Shown here: positions 1-8,888 of the stretch, one piece after another
Numbering within the stretch: the first letter of the stretch is position 1
Layout of the letters: each line of letters opens with the position of its first letter
Source of the DNA: Candidatus Scalindua sp.
GTDB taxonomy: Bacteria; Planctomycetota; Brocadiia; Brocadiales; Scalinduaceae
Direction: 5' to 3'
Length of the DNA: 32,000 bases
NCBI GenBank assembly: GCA_031316235.1
Contig: JALDRA010000001.1
Location: 3,900,001-3,932,000, forward strand
Notes under the pieces: model-generated
What the model was told of the DNA's origin: nothing
Seen by the model: the letters and a program-made list of their open reading frames with translations, nothing else
Database searches by the model: none
Position numbers and translations under genes: made by a program

Positions 1-590
1 GATACGCAGGCATCCAGATCCTTTAAGAGGCCGTTTCCAAGATTATACACCCAGCCATGAATCGTTAACTCCTGTGCAGATTCCCACGCATTCTTAACAA
101 ATGTTGTGTGGCATATATTGTTGACCTGTTCAATTACATTGAGCTCGCACAGCAGGTTTAATTTTTCTTCTTCCCTTTCAACCGAATCAACCTGCTCTTT
201 ATAAATGCGGTATACATCTTTGATGTGCCGGAGCCAGTTGTCAATCAATCCATGTTGATGATCATCCATGGAGGCTTTAATGCCTCCGCACCCGTAATGG
301 CCGCAAACGATAATATGTTTCACCTTTAATACATCTACCGCGTATTGCACAACTGACAAACAGCTCAGGTCGGTATGGATTACGAGATTGGCGATATTAC
401 GGTGTACAAAGATTTGACCAGGTAACAGGTCAATAATCTGATTTGACGGCACACGGCTGTCAGAACAACCGATCCACAAGTATTCAGGGGTTTGTTGATT
501 AGCGAGTTCTGAGAAGAAATCAGGATCGGTTTCCTTTATCTTGCTTGCCCACTTCCTGTTTCTATCAAAAAGATGCTTTAATGTCTTCAT
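1..590 (-). CDS. can: beta-class carbonic anhydrase (E. coli Can-like); the 3' end lies outside the window
   Basis: Absent from the ORF track because there is no stop in the window. My translation of the minus strand from the ATG at 588-590 gives MKTLKHLFDRNRKWASKIKETDPDFFSELANQQTPEYLWIGCSDSRVPSNQIIDLLPGQIFVHRNIANLV...IIVCGHYGCGGIKA. It carries the CSDSR and GHYGCGG zinc-site motifs of beta-CA. AGGAG sits about 9 nt upstream of the ATG. Confidence 0.9.
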   Translation of the reverse strand, partial: MKTLKHLFDRNRKWASKIKETDPDFFSELANQQTPEYLWIGCSDSRVPSNQIIDLLPGQIFVHRNIANLVIHTDLSCLSVVQYAVDVLKVKHIIVCGHYGCGGIKASMDDHQHGLIDNWLRHIKDVYRIYKEQVDSVEREEEKLNLLCELNVIEQVNNICHTTFVKNAWESAQELTIHGWVYNLGNGLLKDLDACV

Positions 591-633
591 GTAAATATTC
601 TCCTAATTTGTTAAAAAGATAACGTCTCTATCA

Positions 634-665
634 GGTTTGTGCCAGTTCATGAGCAGGCACAAACC
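634..665. repeat. perfect 10-bp inverted repeat GGTTTGTGCC-N12-GGCACAAACC in the SulP-can spacer
   Basis: Read directly: arms at 634-643 and 656-665, loop agttcatgagca. There is no U-run on either strand, so it is not a canonical intrinsic terminator. Confidence 0.6.
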
Positions 666-855
666 ATACGGTAAACTCTATTACCGTTAACGATATTTCC
701 GGTGAAGGTATATCTGCGTAGCGGTACCACCGGAAAGAGCCGCAAAAACACCAACTGTCACAGCTCCGTAAAGCCCTGCTGTCGCCCCAAATTCCCGACT
801 GGGGATCAGGCCTCTAGCGCAGGAAAAAGCTGCTGTTATCAAATCGGGGTTATTT

Positions 856-2481
856 TTACCTTGGAAGGGCAAAGACCCATTTATCAAGCTTTCCAGAGTA
901 AATCTTCTCTCTGTCCCCAGTGCTAACCGGGTTGCGCAGCAGTTTGACACTGATGCCCCTGCTCTGTGCTGAAACCATAAAATCTTCTATAGCCTCCCTC
1001 ACATCGTAATCAATACTGTAGCATTTACTCAGATCAATAGTCAGGAGTGTTCCTTTGGGTATACCGGCCAATTCTTTTATAATTGCTCCTTTATTTAAAA
1101 AGTTAACGTCTTCAGCCAGGGTTATTCTCATTTGTTTTTCTCTAGCCCCTGTTTCCATATGCAGAAAGTGAGAATTTCTGTAGTTACGGATTAGGACCAC
1201 AACAGTACCTACACAGCACCCAAGACCGAGCCCTACCAGCAGATCGACAAATACTATACCAAGAATAGTAACGGTAAAAGGTAGAAACTGGTTCCATCCC
1301 AGTCTATATATCTGTACAAACAGAGAAGGTTTAGACAATTTATACCCTACCAGTAATAAAATACATGCAAGAGCGGATAACGGTATCATATTAAGAATAA
1401 CCGGAATAAACCCTACACAGATCAGCAGGAAAAAACCATGGAGTATCGTAGATAGTTTGGTTCTGGAACCGGCTTGAACATTGGCGGAACTTCGAACGAT
1501 TACCTGTGTAATCGGCAGCCCGCCAATCATTCCGCACAATATGTTTCCGGTACCTTGAGCAATTAACTCACGGTTGGTTGAGGTGATTCTCTTGTGGGGA
1601 TCCAGTTTGTCAGTAGCCTCCACACTTAAAAGTGTTTCAAGGCTCGCGATAATCGCAATGGTAACAGCTAAAATATACACTTCTTTATTGCCCAGTTGAC
1701 CGAAATCAGGAAAGGTAAACAGGTTGAAAAATGATGAGATACTGCCTGCAACCGGCACACTTACCAGGTGTTCCGGACCTAAGGTATATTGAGGGAAATA
1801 ACTTTTTGTTATAAACTGGCAGCAGATAGCAGCGGCTACCACAACTATGGGTCCCTGTATTAATTTAAAAATATTATATTTCTTCGTCAGATACAGCTCC
1901 CACAAGAGCAGAATCGACATTGAAATCGCAGCGATTAATACTGCCCCGGGTGTTAATTGATCAAGAATCTGCCATAGTAAGGTAAATGTGTTTTCACCTT
2001 CCTTCAAGACAAAAGAATCACTACCCATCCACTCTTTGTCTAATCCAAGCGCATGGGGTATCTGTTTCAGGATGATGATGATGCCAATGCCTGAGAGCAT
2101 TCCCTTTATGACGGCGGAGGGAAAAAAATACCCGATAACACCTGCTCTCGCTAGACCAAGTATTATCTGTATCACTCCTCCAATAGCAACTGCAAGCAGA
2201 AATGTTTCGAAAGAGCCGACCTTAGCCAGCGCATCCAGGATAATTACCGCAAGGCCTGCCGCCGGACCGCTGACTCCATGCGAGGAGTCACTTATGGAAC
2301 CTACAACTATCCCTCCGATTATTCCCGCGATAAGGCCTGAAAACAGAGGTGCTCCGCTTGCCAATGCGATTCCGAGACAAAGCGGCAACGCTACAAACAG
2401 TACGATAATACTTGCTGAAATGTCTTGTTTCAGATGAGAAAAAATTTCAAATCTCATTATTCCTCTTTTCATATCAGCCAT
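856..2481 (-). CDS. SulP-family anion (sulfate/bicarbonate-type) permease with a C-terminal STAS domain, copy 1
   Basis: ORF 856..2553. It is a long polytopic membrane protein with SulP-like segments (PLCLGIALASGAP, GVSGPAAGLAV, TSTNRELIAQGTGN) and a soluble C-terminal STAS-like tail. I prefer the ATG at 2481 because AGGAG lies 8 nt upstream and the start then aligns with the N-terminus of the paralog at 16780..18423. Confidence 0.9.
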   Translation of the reverse strand: MADMKRGIMRFEIFSHLKQDISASIIVLFVALPLCLGIALASGAPLFSGLIAGIIGGIVVGSISDSSHGVSGPAAGLAVIILDALAKVGSFETFLLAVAIGGVIQIILGLARAGVIGYFFPSAVIKGMLSGIGIIIILKQIPHALGLDKEWMGSDSFVLKEGENTFTLLWQILDQLTPGAVLIAAISMSILLLWELYLTKKYNIFKLIQGPIVVVAAAICCQFITKSYFPQYTLGPEHLVSVPVAGSISSFFNLFTFPDFGQLGNKEVYILAVTIAIIASLETLLSVEATDKLDPHKRITSTNRELIAQGTGNILCGMIGGLPITQVIVRSSANVQAGSRTKLSTILHGFFLLICVGFIPVILNMIPLSALACILLLVGYKLSKPSLFVQIYRLGWNQFLPFTVTILGIVFVDLLVGLGLGCCVGTVVVLIRNYRNSHFLHMETGAREKQMRITLAEDVNFLNKGAIIKELAGIPKGTLLTIDLSKCYSIDYDVREAIEDFMVSAQSRGISVKLLRNPVSTGDREKIYSGKLDKWVFALPR

Positions 2482-2700
2482 TGCCTGATCTCCTGTAAAA
2501 AATCCGCTCAAATGTTCGGCAGAGACAAATACCTGGCCCGATCCTTTCTCCAAGTAAAGCCGGGTTCATGGAACAAGGCTGCCCATGCCAAAAGATTTTG
2601 GTCGCCGGCAGCTTGTGAAAAAACCAAGTCGCAATATTCTCTGGTCTTGAATATACGCCATTTTAAACTCTTTTCCCTTATTGTAAGATCACAAATTTTT

Positions 2701-3330
2701 TTAAAGAACTGGAAAATTAATGATTCCATCAGACAAAAGGGTGCTTAAAAATGAGCAATAGACCTCTAAAATGTCTTTTCTTTTTGCCATTGCATAAGAT
2801 GCGATATAACCTGCCCAGTATGATCCCAGTTCAATGTTCTGTTTTTCTTCACCAAGGATCATGAGATCACAATCACACCCGCTTATGGGGGGTATACGTT
2901 TTTGCTGAAGGCACGCCCTTCTCCCCAGGAAAATATCACCCTTTTCAAATAATTGCTGCCAGAGCATTATTTCACTTTTATGTTTGATTTTCTGGTTTTC
3001 GGATAAAATTACTATATGAGGTATTGAAGTGCTTATTAAACGATTGGGAATTTTATTTTTTTCTTCAACCAGGATTGAATATACCTGGATCAGCAAATCA
3101 GGCCGAACTTCCTTAAATCTGCCCCATGACTGTTTTATGAAAATTTTGTTCGGCATAGAAACTGCAACTTCTTTTGATACGGAAAGCAACATTAATCTCT
3201 CATCATTTATTACATCTCTGGTTAATGGTGCAAACTCTAGATTTTCAGGAGAAATTAGATAGACAGGGTCTATCTGTTTCACAACCTGCTCGTGGATTTC
3301 TGCGATAATCGTTAGTGGCTGTCCATTCAT
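2701..3330 (-). CDS. hypothetical protein (209 aa), no family recognised
   Basis: Intact ORF on the same strand as its neighbours. I could find no recognisable motif. Confidence 0.45.
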   Translation of the reverse strand: MNGQPLTIIAEIHEQVVKQIDPVYLISPENLEFAPLTRDVINDERLMLLSVSKEVAVSMPNKIFIKQSWGRFKEVRPDLLIQVYSILVEEKNKIPNRLISTSIPHIVILSENQKIKHKSEIMLWQQLFEKGDIFLGRRACLQQKRIPPISGCDCDLMILGEEKQNIELGSYWAGYIASYAMAKRKDILEVYCSFLSTLLSDGIINFPVL

Positions 3331-3364
3331 GATCTCTGAAACTTTTTCTGCTACTCACCTTATA

Positions 3365-3403
3365 AAAGTTTTTGGTTAAAATCCGAGAAAAACCGAGTGA
3401 GCC
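3365..3403 (+). repeat. intergenic repeat family A (..GTTTTTGG[AT]TAAAATCCGAGA..GAG[TC]GAG..), copy 1
   Basis: Sequence aaagtttttggttaaaatccgagaaaaaccgagtgagcc, which aligns with 22930-22970 and with the reverse complement of 29461-29503. Confidence 0.6.
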
Positions 3404-3444
3404 TAGCTGCAATCAATCTTTTGTTTTTAGAAAAATTTAACATA

Positions 3445-3462
3445 GATCGGTTTTCGTATATC
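3445..3462 (-). repeat. intergenic box family B (GATATAC[TGA]AAAACCGAT), copy 1
   Basis: The reverse complement reads gatatacgaaaaccgatc. It lies about 115 nt upstream of the start of the hypothetical gene. Confidence 0.5.
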
Positions 3463-3710
3463 AGGTTTCGAAAATATAGTAGTCTATTCATTGTATCGAT
3501 GAGGTGTCAACTACTATATCTTTCTTTAAAACCGGAAAATAATAAAAATTGTTCCGGAAATACAATGATTCATATACGCATACTATACTGAATATAACTC
3601 GTTTGTAAAGAAATGGTTCCGTACAGACAGAAAAAGCATTTCTGTATAATTGGCAGTGTGAAAAACAGAAACCGCATTTTTTTGTTTACTTCAAGTATTC
3701 ATTCCTTTCC

Positions 3711-4835
3711 TTAAAACATTGGTTCCATTGCAAGAACGGGATGGTTGACTTTCTGCAGGTGTTCAAAGACCTCTTCTTCTGTCACCGCTATGGTTTCGTC
3801 AGCAATCTTACTGACAAAATCTTCCAGCCCGGCAGATTCTGCAGCCTTAAGCAGGACATCACCGATCTCATCTTTGAGCTGTTTTGGCATCCACACCAGC
3901 CTGGCAAGACCACCGTCACCAGAAATAAATTTGCTGCTGCTCATGTAAAATTTGCTGTGCCCTACAAACCCGGGCGTCTGTATTCCACCTCCGACTGTTC
4001 CCGCAAGTGTAGAAAATTTCATCCCGCAGGGAGTCATACCTGTATAGTCTCTATCCACGGTCATTATCCCATTAGTCATCGGCAGCATGGCGGAGATACA
4101 TTCAAAACAACCGCAGCTTGTCATGGGATTCGTTACCATACTGTACATGCTTACCTGTTCAAACTCTCTGTTGGATGCCTGGTAGAGGAACCTGTTTGTC
4201 CCTTCCCAGAGGCCCAGCTTTTCATCTATCAATTTACCTTTTTCAATTGGTTGATTCGGGCCTGTCGGTGTTATTTCAAAACCTGCCTTCCCGTCCAGCC
4301 AGCTGACCGCACCGCACAAACCGGAACGTTCAGGAGATATTATGCATACGTGGCTGGGCGCGAAACTCTGGCACAGAGTACAGCTGTAAAATTGATTTAC
4401 TGATGCATCTGTCATCCCCAGTGCCCTTTCATCACGTTCGGTAAATGCCGCTTTCACCTCATCCAGCTTAGTCTCTACCTTATCTCTGTCTGTATACAAT
4501 GTTACCTGGACCTTGTCTAATAATGCACCGTACTCCTCATGATATTTGGAGTGAATTATTTTGCCTATGTGGAACAGCCTGAATCCTTTATCAAAAGCAT
4601 CCTTGCTGATTCTGTGCCTGATAATGTCTCTCTGCCCCATATGAAAGAATCCCTGTGCTTCTCCGAGGAAATGATGGGTTCTTCTTTCAAAGATCGGTTC
4701 AAATTCACTCTGCATCTTACGCCCGGATACCTCAATATATATCCCCAGCGATTTACCCGGACCCGGCTCCATTTCATCCATATCCGGACCAACCACATTC
4801 ACCTTACCATCTTCAATTTCACTATTATCCCTCAT
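3711..4835 (-). CDS. acsB: acetyl-CoA synthase (CODH/ACS alpha, AcsB), C-terminal two-thirds fragment carrying the A-cluster
   Basis: Carries the A-cluster Cys-Gly-Cys context MTSCGCFECI, plus FYSCTLCQSFAPSHVCIISPERSGLCGAVSWLD and a C-terminus (GLARLVWMPK...IADETI) that is colinear with Moorella AcsB as I remember it. It overlaps the upstream fragment by 4 nt (ATGA). Confidence 0.9.
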   Translation of the reverse strand: MRDNSEIEDGKVNVVGPDMDEMEPGPGKSLGIYIEVSGRKMQSEFEPIFERRTHHFLGEAQGFFHMGQRDIIRHRISKDAFDKGFRLFHIGKIIHSKYHEEYGALLDKVQVTLYTDRDKVETKLDEVKAAFTERDERALGMTDASVNQFYSCTLCQSFAPSHVCIISPERSGLCGAVSWLDGKAGFEITPTGPNQPIEKGKLIDEKLGLWEGTNRFLYQASNREFEQVSMYSMVTNPMTSCGCFECISAMLPMTNGIMTVDRDYTGMTPCGMKFSTLAGTVGGGIQTPGFVGHSKFYMSSSKFISGDGGLARLVWMPKQLKDEIGDVLLKAAESAGLEDFVSKIADETIAVTEEEVFEHLQKVNHPVLAMEPMF

Positions 4836-5890
4836 GACAACATATTCAAACGCCGGGGTACCCGGTCCCCTATCTCTATCTGCATATCCTCTTTTCTGAT
4901 TCTCTCGCCTTCGAATGCCGGGCCGTATGCAACCGGAATATCCACCTTCGCGGCAGCTACCTTTAACCCCCTCACCTCAATGCACTTTTCTACAATCTTA
5001 TCATGAGAAATATTGGGCACCACATGCTCATACGTACAAACACCTGTCGGCAAAACAGAAGGTATATCGGTATCCGCTATGGTCGGAAAACCATAGTTGA
5101 TAGCTCCCGCAGCATTTGCATATTTTTCATCATCCACCTCGCCCAGCGCCATGACAAAGGCAAAAATCCTGTTTTTATTGTAGAGCAGATTCCTCCTGAA
5201 GTCTCCTGCTTTTATACCTCCAAAAGATAACGCGGCTTTATTTGCAAATCCAAGGGAATAGATAGTAGCGGTAATGCTCTTGCCAAACGGTACAAGTCTT
5301 GTCTCCCACCCAAGCTGTACACCCTCTTCATCAAGCTGCTCCGCGAAAGATTTGCCGTTTGTGTTACCGGAGATAAAAACATACAGGTTTTTCTCCTGCA
5401 ACTCGCGCGCTATCTTCACGGCAATCTCATTTGTGGGCGCAGCTCCAACAACCGCAGCAAACCCCGGAGCAGTGCCGTCAACAAACTCTATCCCGCGTTC
5501 CCGCAGAATAACGTCACTCGCAGCTCCCAGCCATATCCCCTCTACAGGGTTCGGGCCGATAAGGTATTTACACGCCTCTAATACCTCCTCTGCAAAAAGC
5601 GTCGCTATGCCGGCATCCAGGGCCCAGCCGAGATACGGCAGCCATACTTCTTCTTCCGGCATGGGCGGTAATAACGCCCGTGCGTGCCCGAGTGCCTCTT
5701 CGCAATCAGACAGGGTCTTTACCTTCAGTGCAGTAGCTGCGTAGATTATGGGCAGACAGTAACCGGTGTTGGGAAATTCAACCTTCGCATCTTTCCCTTT
5801 TGATTCTATTGCTTCGTTTAATTTTGCCTCTGCCTGCTTTACAATAGAATATGCACCCCGTATTGCAGCAGAACATATTATTCTTGACAT
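4832..5890 (-). CDS. acsB: acetyl-CoA synthase (AcsB), N-terminal fragment; ends prematurely after a frameshift
   Basis: Colinear with the AcsB N-terminal domain up to ...VAYGPAFEGERIRKEDMQIEIGDR. The last 10 residues (VPRRLNMLS) are out of frame, and the expected TPAFEYVV continues in the frame of 3711..4835. Confidence 0.85.
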   Translation of the reverse strand: MSRIICSAAIRGAYSIVKQAEAKLNEAIESKGKDAKVEFPNTGYCLPIIYAATALKVKTLSDCEEALGHARALLPPMPEEEVWLPYLGWALDAGIATLFAEEVLEACKYLIGPNPVEGIWLGAASDVILRERGIEFVDGTAPGFAAVVGAAPTNEIAVKIARELQEKNLYVFISGNTNGKSFAEQLDEEGVQLGWETRLVPFGKSITATIYSLGFANKAALSFGGIKAGDFRRNLLYNKNRIFAFVMALGEVDDEKYANAAGAINYGFPTIADTDIPSVLPTGVCTYEHVVPNISHDKIVEKCIEVRGLKVAAAKVDIPVAYGPAFEGERIRKEDMQIEIGDRVPRRLNMLS

Positions 5891-6041
5891 CTGTACCTAC
5901 TCCTATTGAATGTTAATCTATCTGTACCTGATAAGGAAAAAGTTCGTCATACATACCTTCAACTTGCTCAGACACAGATTCTGAAAAAATTTACTCTTAA
6001 TGTTAAAAATTAATACAGAGGTGAATAATCACACACCCCTG

Positions 6042-8741
6042 CTACTGGCCGTTTAATTTCTCAACTTTGATTGCACATGACTTAAGCTCAGGGATCTTAC
6101 ATATCGGGTCAAATGCATCATTAGTAAGTAAGTTTGTCAATGCATCTCTGTGATGGAATGCGAGGAACGTAACGCCCGGCTGGGCTCTGTCGGTTATGTG
6201 TACCTTTATCTCCATTTTTCCTCTCCTTGAGCTGACGAGAACCTTTTCGTTATCCTTTATATCAAATCTCCTTGCATCATACGGATTCAGTTCTAATGTC
6301 TCATCAGGCCACTTGTCATATATTTTACTTGACCTTCTCGTCATGGAACCGTTGTTATAATGCTGTCTGCGACGGCCGGTCGTAAGGATAAGCGGATACT
6401 GATCATCGGGCACTTCAGCCGATGGCATGTGTTCCCTGAAATTGAACATGGCTTTCCCACTCGGCCTGTTGAATTTCTCCTCGTACATTATAGTCGTACC
6501 CGGATGATCTATATCAGGACATGGCCACTGGATTCCGTCAGGATCAAGTTTTTCATGATTAACCCCCGCAAACATGGGAGCAAGTTCCGCAAGCTCGTCC
6601 CATATCTCAGAAGGCGAAGAATAGTTCATATTTTTTATTCCAAGCGCATTTGCCACCATGCATATGATTTCCCAGTCCGCCTTGCCTCCCAATGGTTCGA
6701 TTGCTTTCCGAATGAGCTGTATCCTTCTTTCACCATTGGTGAAGGTGCCGTCCTTCTCCACGTGACTTGAGCCGGGAAGGATTACATCGGCAAACTCAGT
6801 GGTCTCTGTCGGCACGATATCCTGCACCACGAGGAAGTCTAATTTCTTCAGCCCGCTTTTTACGAAGTTGACATTGGCATTTGTCATGGCAGGATCTTCT
6901 CCGAAGATATAGTATGCCTTTAACGTTCCCTTATTCATTGCAATGTCCATCTCCGTACAGGTTAAACCCGTCTTCTCATCAAGCTCGACACCCCAGGCCT
7001 TTTCTAATTTAGCCTTTACCTTCTTGTCATCAAGCTTCTGATAACCAACGTGTACATTAGGCAAAGCTCCCATATCACACGACCCCTGGACGTTGTTCTG
7101 GCCCCGGGTAGGATTTATTCCCACGTTCGGTCTTCCAAGATGACCGGTAACGGTAGCAAGATTAGCCAGAGACATGACGGTGGCCGTTCCGGTTGAATGT
7201 TCTGTCATACCAAGACTGTAAATAATCATTGCCTTGTCAGTCTTTGCATACATCCTGGCAGCGTCAATAATCCTGTCTTTTGGAACACCCGTGATGCCTG
7301 AAACGTATTCGGGAGTGTATTTCATCACACCTTTCTCAAGCTCTTCGAATCCTTCGGTACGTTTCCTGATAAACTCCCTGTCCTCAAGCCCTTCATTTAC
7401 GATGACATGGACCAGCCCGTTTAACAGCGCTATATTCGTGCCTGGTATCAGGTTCAGCCAGATGTCAGCCCTCTCCGCAAGCTGGGTCTTTCTCGGATCA
7501 CCTACAATCAGTTTCGTCCCGTTATCGAGCGCGTCTTTTATCTTCAGTCCGATAATAGGGTGAGCCTCATAGGGGTTAGCTCCTATTACGAACAGAAGTT
7601 CCGCGTCACGGATATGTTCAAATGAATTTGTCGCCGCACCGCTGCCGTAGCATGCCGCCAGCCCCGAAACGCTCGCGCTGTGGCATACTCTTGCGCAGTT
7701 ATCAATGTTATTGGTACCCATCATTCGACCCAGTTTCTGGAATATATAGTTTTCTTCATTTGTACATCTTGATGAAGATAAGAATCCCAGGCTGTTCGGA
7801 CCATGCTTCTTCTTAATCTCCGTAAACTTATCGGCAATGAGCGTAATCGCCTCATCCCAGCTCGCCTCTTCCAGCTTTCCGTTTTTTCGTATCAGGGGTG
7901 TAGTTATCCTGTCCTTATGATGTATGTGCTCATAGCCAAACCGGCCCTTTACACAGAGACTTCCCTTATCATTAACCGGTGCATCAAAGCACTGAGAAAT
8001 GGAGACAACCTTTTGGTCTCTGATATTTAAGTAGTAATTGCAGCCTGTTCCGCAGTAGGTACAGGTGGTTCTGACCTTCTCAAACTGCCAGGACCGTCCC
8101 TTACCTTTGGTGGATAGCTCCTGTAACGACCCAACCGGACACGCTTCTATGCACTGGCCGCAAAGCTCACAGTCACCTTCCCTGGAAATATTAGTAGTAT
8201 TCGGAGTGCCTAAGGCCGTGAATCCCTTAGCCTTAAACCCGAGAGCGAAGGAATACTGAAGTTCAGCGCAGGTTCGAGAACACCTGGCACACATGATGCA
8301 TTTATCGCGATCCCACTCAATCACCCCATTATTGGGCAGTTCTGTGAATTTTCGTATCGTCTGCTGGCTCCATTCCGCGTGTACCTCGAACTGGTAGGAA
8401 TAATTCTGGAGTTCACACATACCTGTCTTTTCACAGGTCATACAGTCATTAGGATGGTTGGCCAGTATCAGTCTCAGGTTGTTTTTCCGTAGTTCCGCAA
8501 TATTATCACTTTCTGTCGTAACTTTCATCCCATCCCAGACAGGAGTGTTACAGGCAGTTACCGGACCAAGATTCCCATCTACCTCGACAACACATATCCT
8601 GCACTGTCCAAATGGTTTCAGGAGGTCCCAATGGCATAGAGTAGGAATATGTATCTTATTTTTTTTGGCAACCTGAAGGATAGTTTCACCTTCACCTGCT
8701 TCATATTCTTTCTGGTTCATTTGAAATGTAATCTTTTTCAT
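6042..8741 (-). CDS. fdhA: formate dehydrogenase alpha subunit, molybdopterin type with an N-terminal 2Fe-2S/4Fe-4S (NuoG-like) module, cysteine variant
   Basis: ORF 6042..8756. Motifs seen: 2Fe-2S region CHWDLLKPFGQCRICVVEV, ferredoxin motifs CIMCARCSRTC and CELCGQCIEACP, Mo-bisPGD cluster CTYCGTGCN, and active site CARVCHSAS (Cys codon at 7683-7685, no in-frame TGA). I prefer the ATG at 8741 (MKKITF...) because GGGAGA lies 5-6 nt upstream. Confidence 0.9.
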   Translation of the reverse strand: MKKITFQMNQKEYEAGEGETILQVAKKNKIHIPTLCHWDLLKPFGQCRICVVEVDGNLGPVTACNTPVWDGMKVTTESDNIAELRKNNLRLILANHPNDCMTCEKTGMCELQNYSYQFEVHAEWSQQTIRKFTELPNNGVIEWDRDKCIMCARCSRTCAELQYSFALGFKAKGFTALGTPNTTNISREGDCELCGQCIEACPVGSLQELSTKGKGRSWQFEKVRTTCTYCGTGCNYYLNIRDQKVVSISQCFDAPVNDKGSLCVKGRFGYEHIHHKDRITTPLIRKNGKLEEASWDEAITLIADKFTEIKKKHGPNSLGFLSSSRCTNEENYIFQKLGRMMGTNNIDNCARVCHSASVSGLAACYGSGAATNSFEHIRDAELLFVIGANPYEAHPIIGLKIKDALDNGTKLIVGDPRKTQLAERADIWLNLIPGTNIALLNGLVHVIVNEGLEDREFIRKRTEGFEELEKGVMKYTPEYVSGITGVPKDRIIDAARMYAKTDKAMIIYSLGMTEHSTGTATVMSLANLATVTGHLGRPNVGINPTRGQNNVQGSCDMGALPNVHVGYQKLDDKKVKAKLEKAWGVELDEKTGLTCTEMDIAMNKGTLKAYYIFGEDPAMTNANVNFVKSGLKKLDFLVVQDIVPTETTEFADVILPGSSHVEKDGTFTNGERRIQLIRKAIEPLGGKADWEIICMVANALGIKNMNYSSPSEIWDELAELAPMFAGVNHEKLDPDGIQWPCPDIDHPGTTIMYEEKFNRPSGKAMFNFREHMPSAEVPDDQYPLILTTGRRRQHYNNGSMTRRSSKIYDKWPDETLELNPYDARRFDIKDNEKVLVSSRRGKMEIKVHITDRAQPGVTFLAFHHRDALTNLLTNDAFDPICKIPELKSCAIKVEKLNGQ

Positions 8742-8888
8742 GTTTTCTCCCAACATTAATTATCTAGCTTGTAGACTTTGTAAAACTGCAAATTATATTT
8801 TTGAATTACCAAAAAACACCACTTACAGGTAACGCAATTTTCACTTGTGAATCTTTTCTTTACCATTTTCTTTGCACCCTGGATAACC

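Noticed and set aside
687-950. An 87-codon minus-strand ORF between SulP copy 1 and can. Its C-terminal half (GATAGLYGAVTVGVFAALSGG) looks like a glycine-zipper membrane peptide.
   Set aside because: The ATG start overlaps the SulP 3' end by ~95 nt in another frame. The only non-overlapping start is a TTG at 842 with no Shine-Dalgarno sequence. The evidence is too weak to call a gene, though it is worth a Ribo-seq look.
1988-2437. Long antisense or shadow ORFs inside confident genes. Examples are 1988..2437, 3741..4403, 5274..5744, 6360..6770, 13991..14581, 18077..18373, 23275..23646, 24946..25353, 26049..26405 and 30537..31064.
   Set aside because: Each lies entirely within a gene that carries strong family motifs on the other strand or in another frame. 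Their translations are low-complexity with no recognisable domains.
2482-2700. A possible sixth, degenerate leader copy upstream of SulP copy 1 (contains AAGAC and GACTTGGTTTTTT).
   Set aside because: It lacks the GGAAGACT and AGTAAGCCAAC cores and any convincing hairpin plus U-tract. The resemblance is limited to a few bases.
4826-4870. Programmed -1 ribosomal frameshifting as the explanation for the split acsB.
   Set aside because: There is no X XXY YYZ slippery heptamer and no obvious downstream stimulatory structure. A 1-nt indel in a G/C run is the simpler explanation, though this remains unverified without reads.
7680-7685. Possible selenocysteine (TGA) recoding at the formate dehydrogenase active site.
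   Set aside because: The active-site codon is TGC (Cys) in CARVCHSAS, and the 904-codon ORF is uninterrupted. I saw no SECIS-like requirement.
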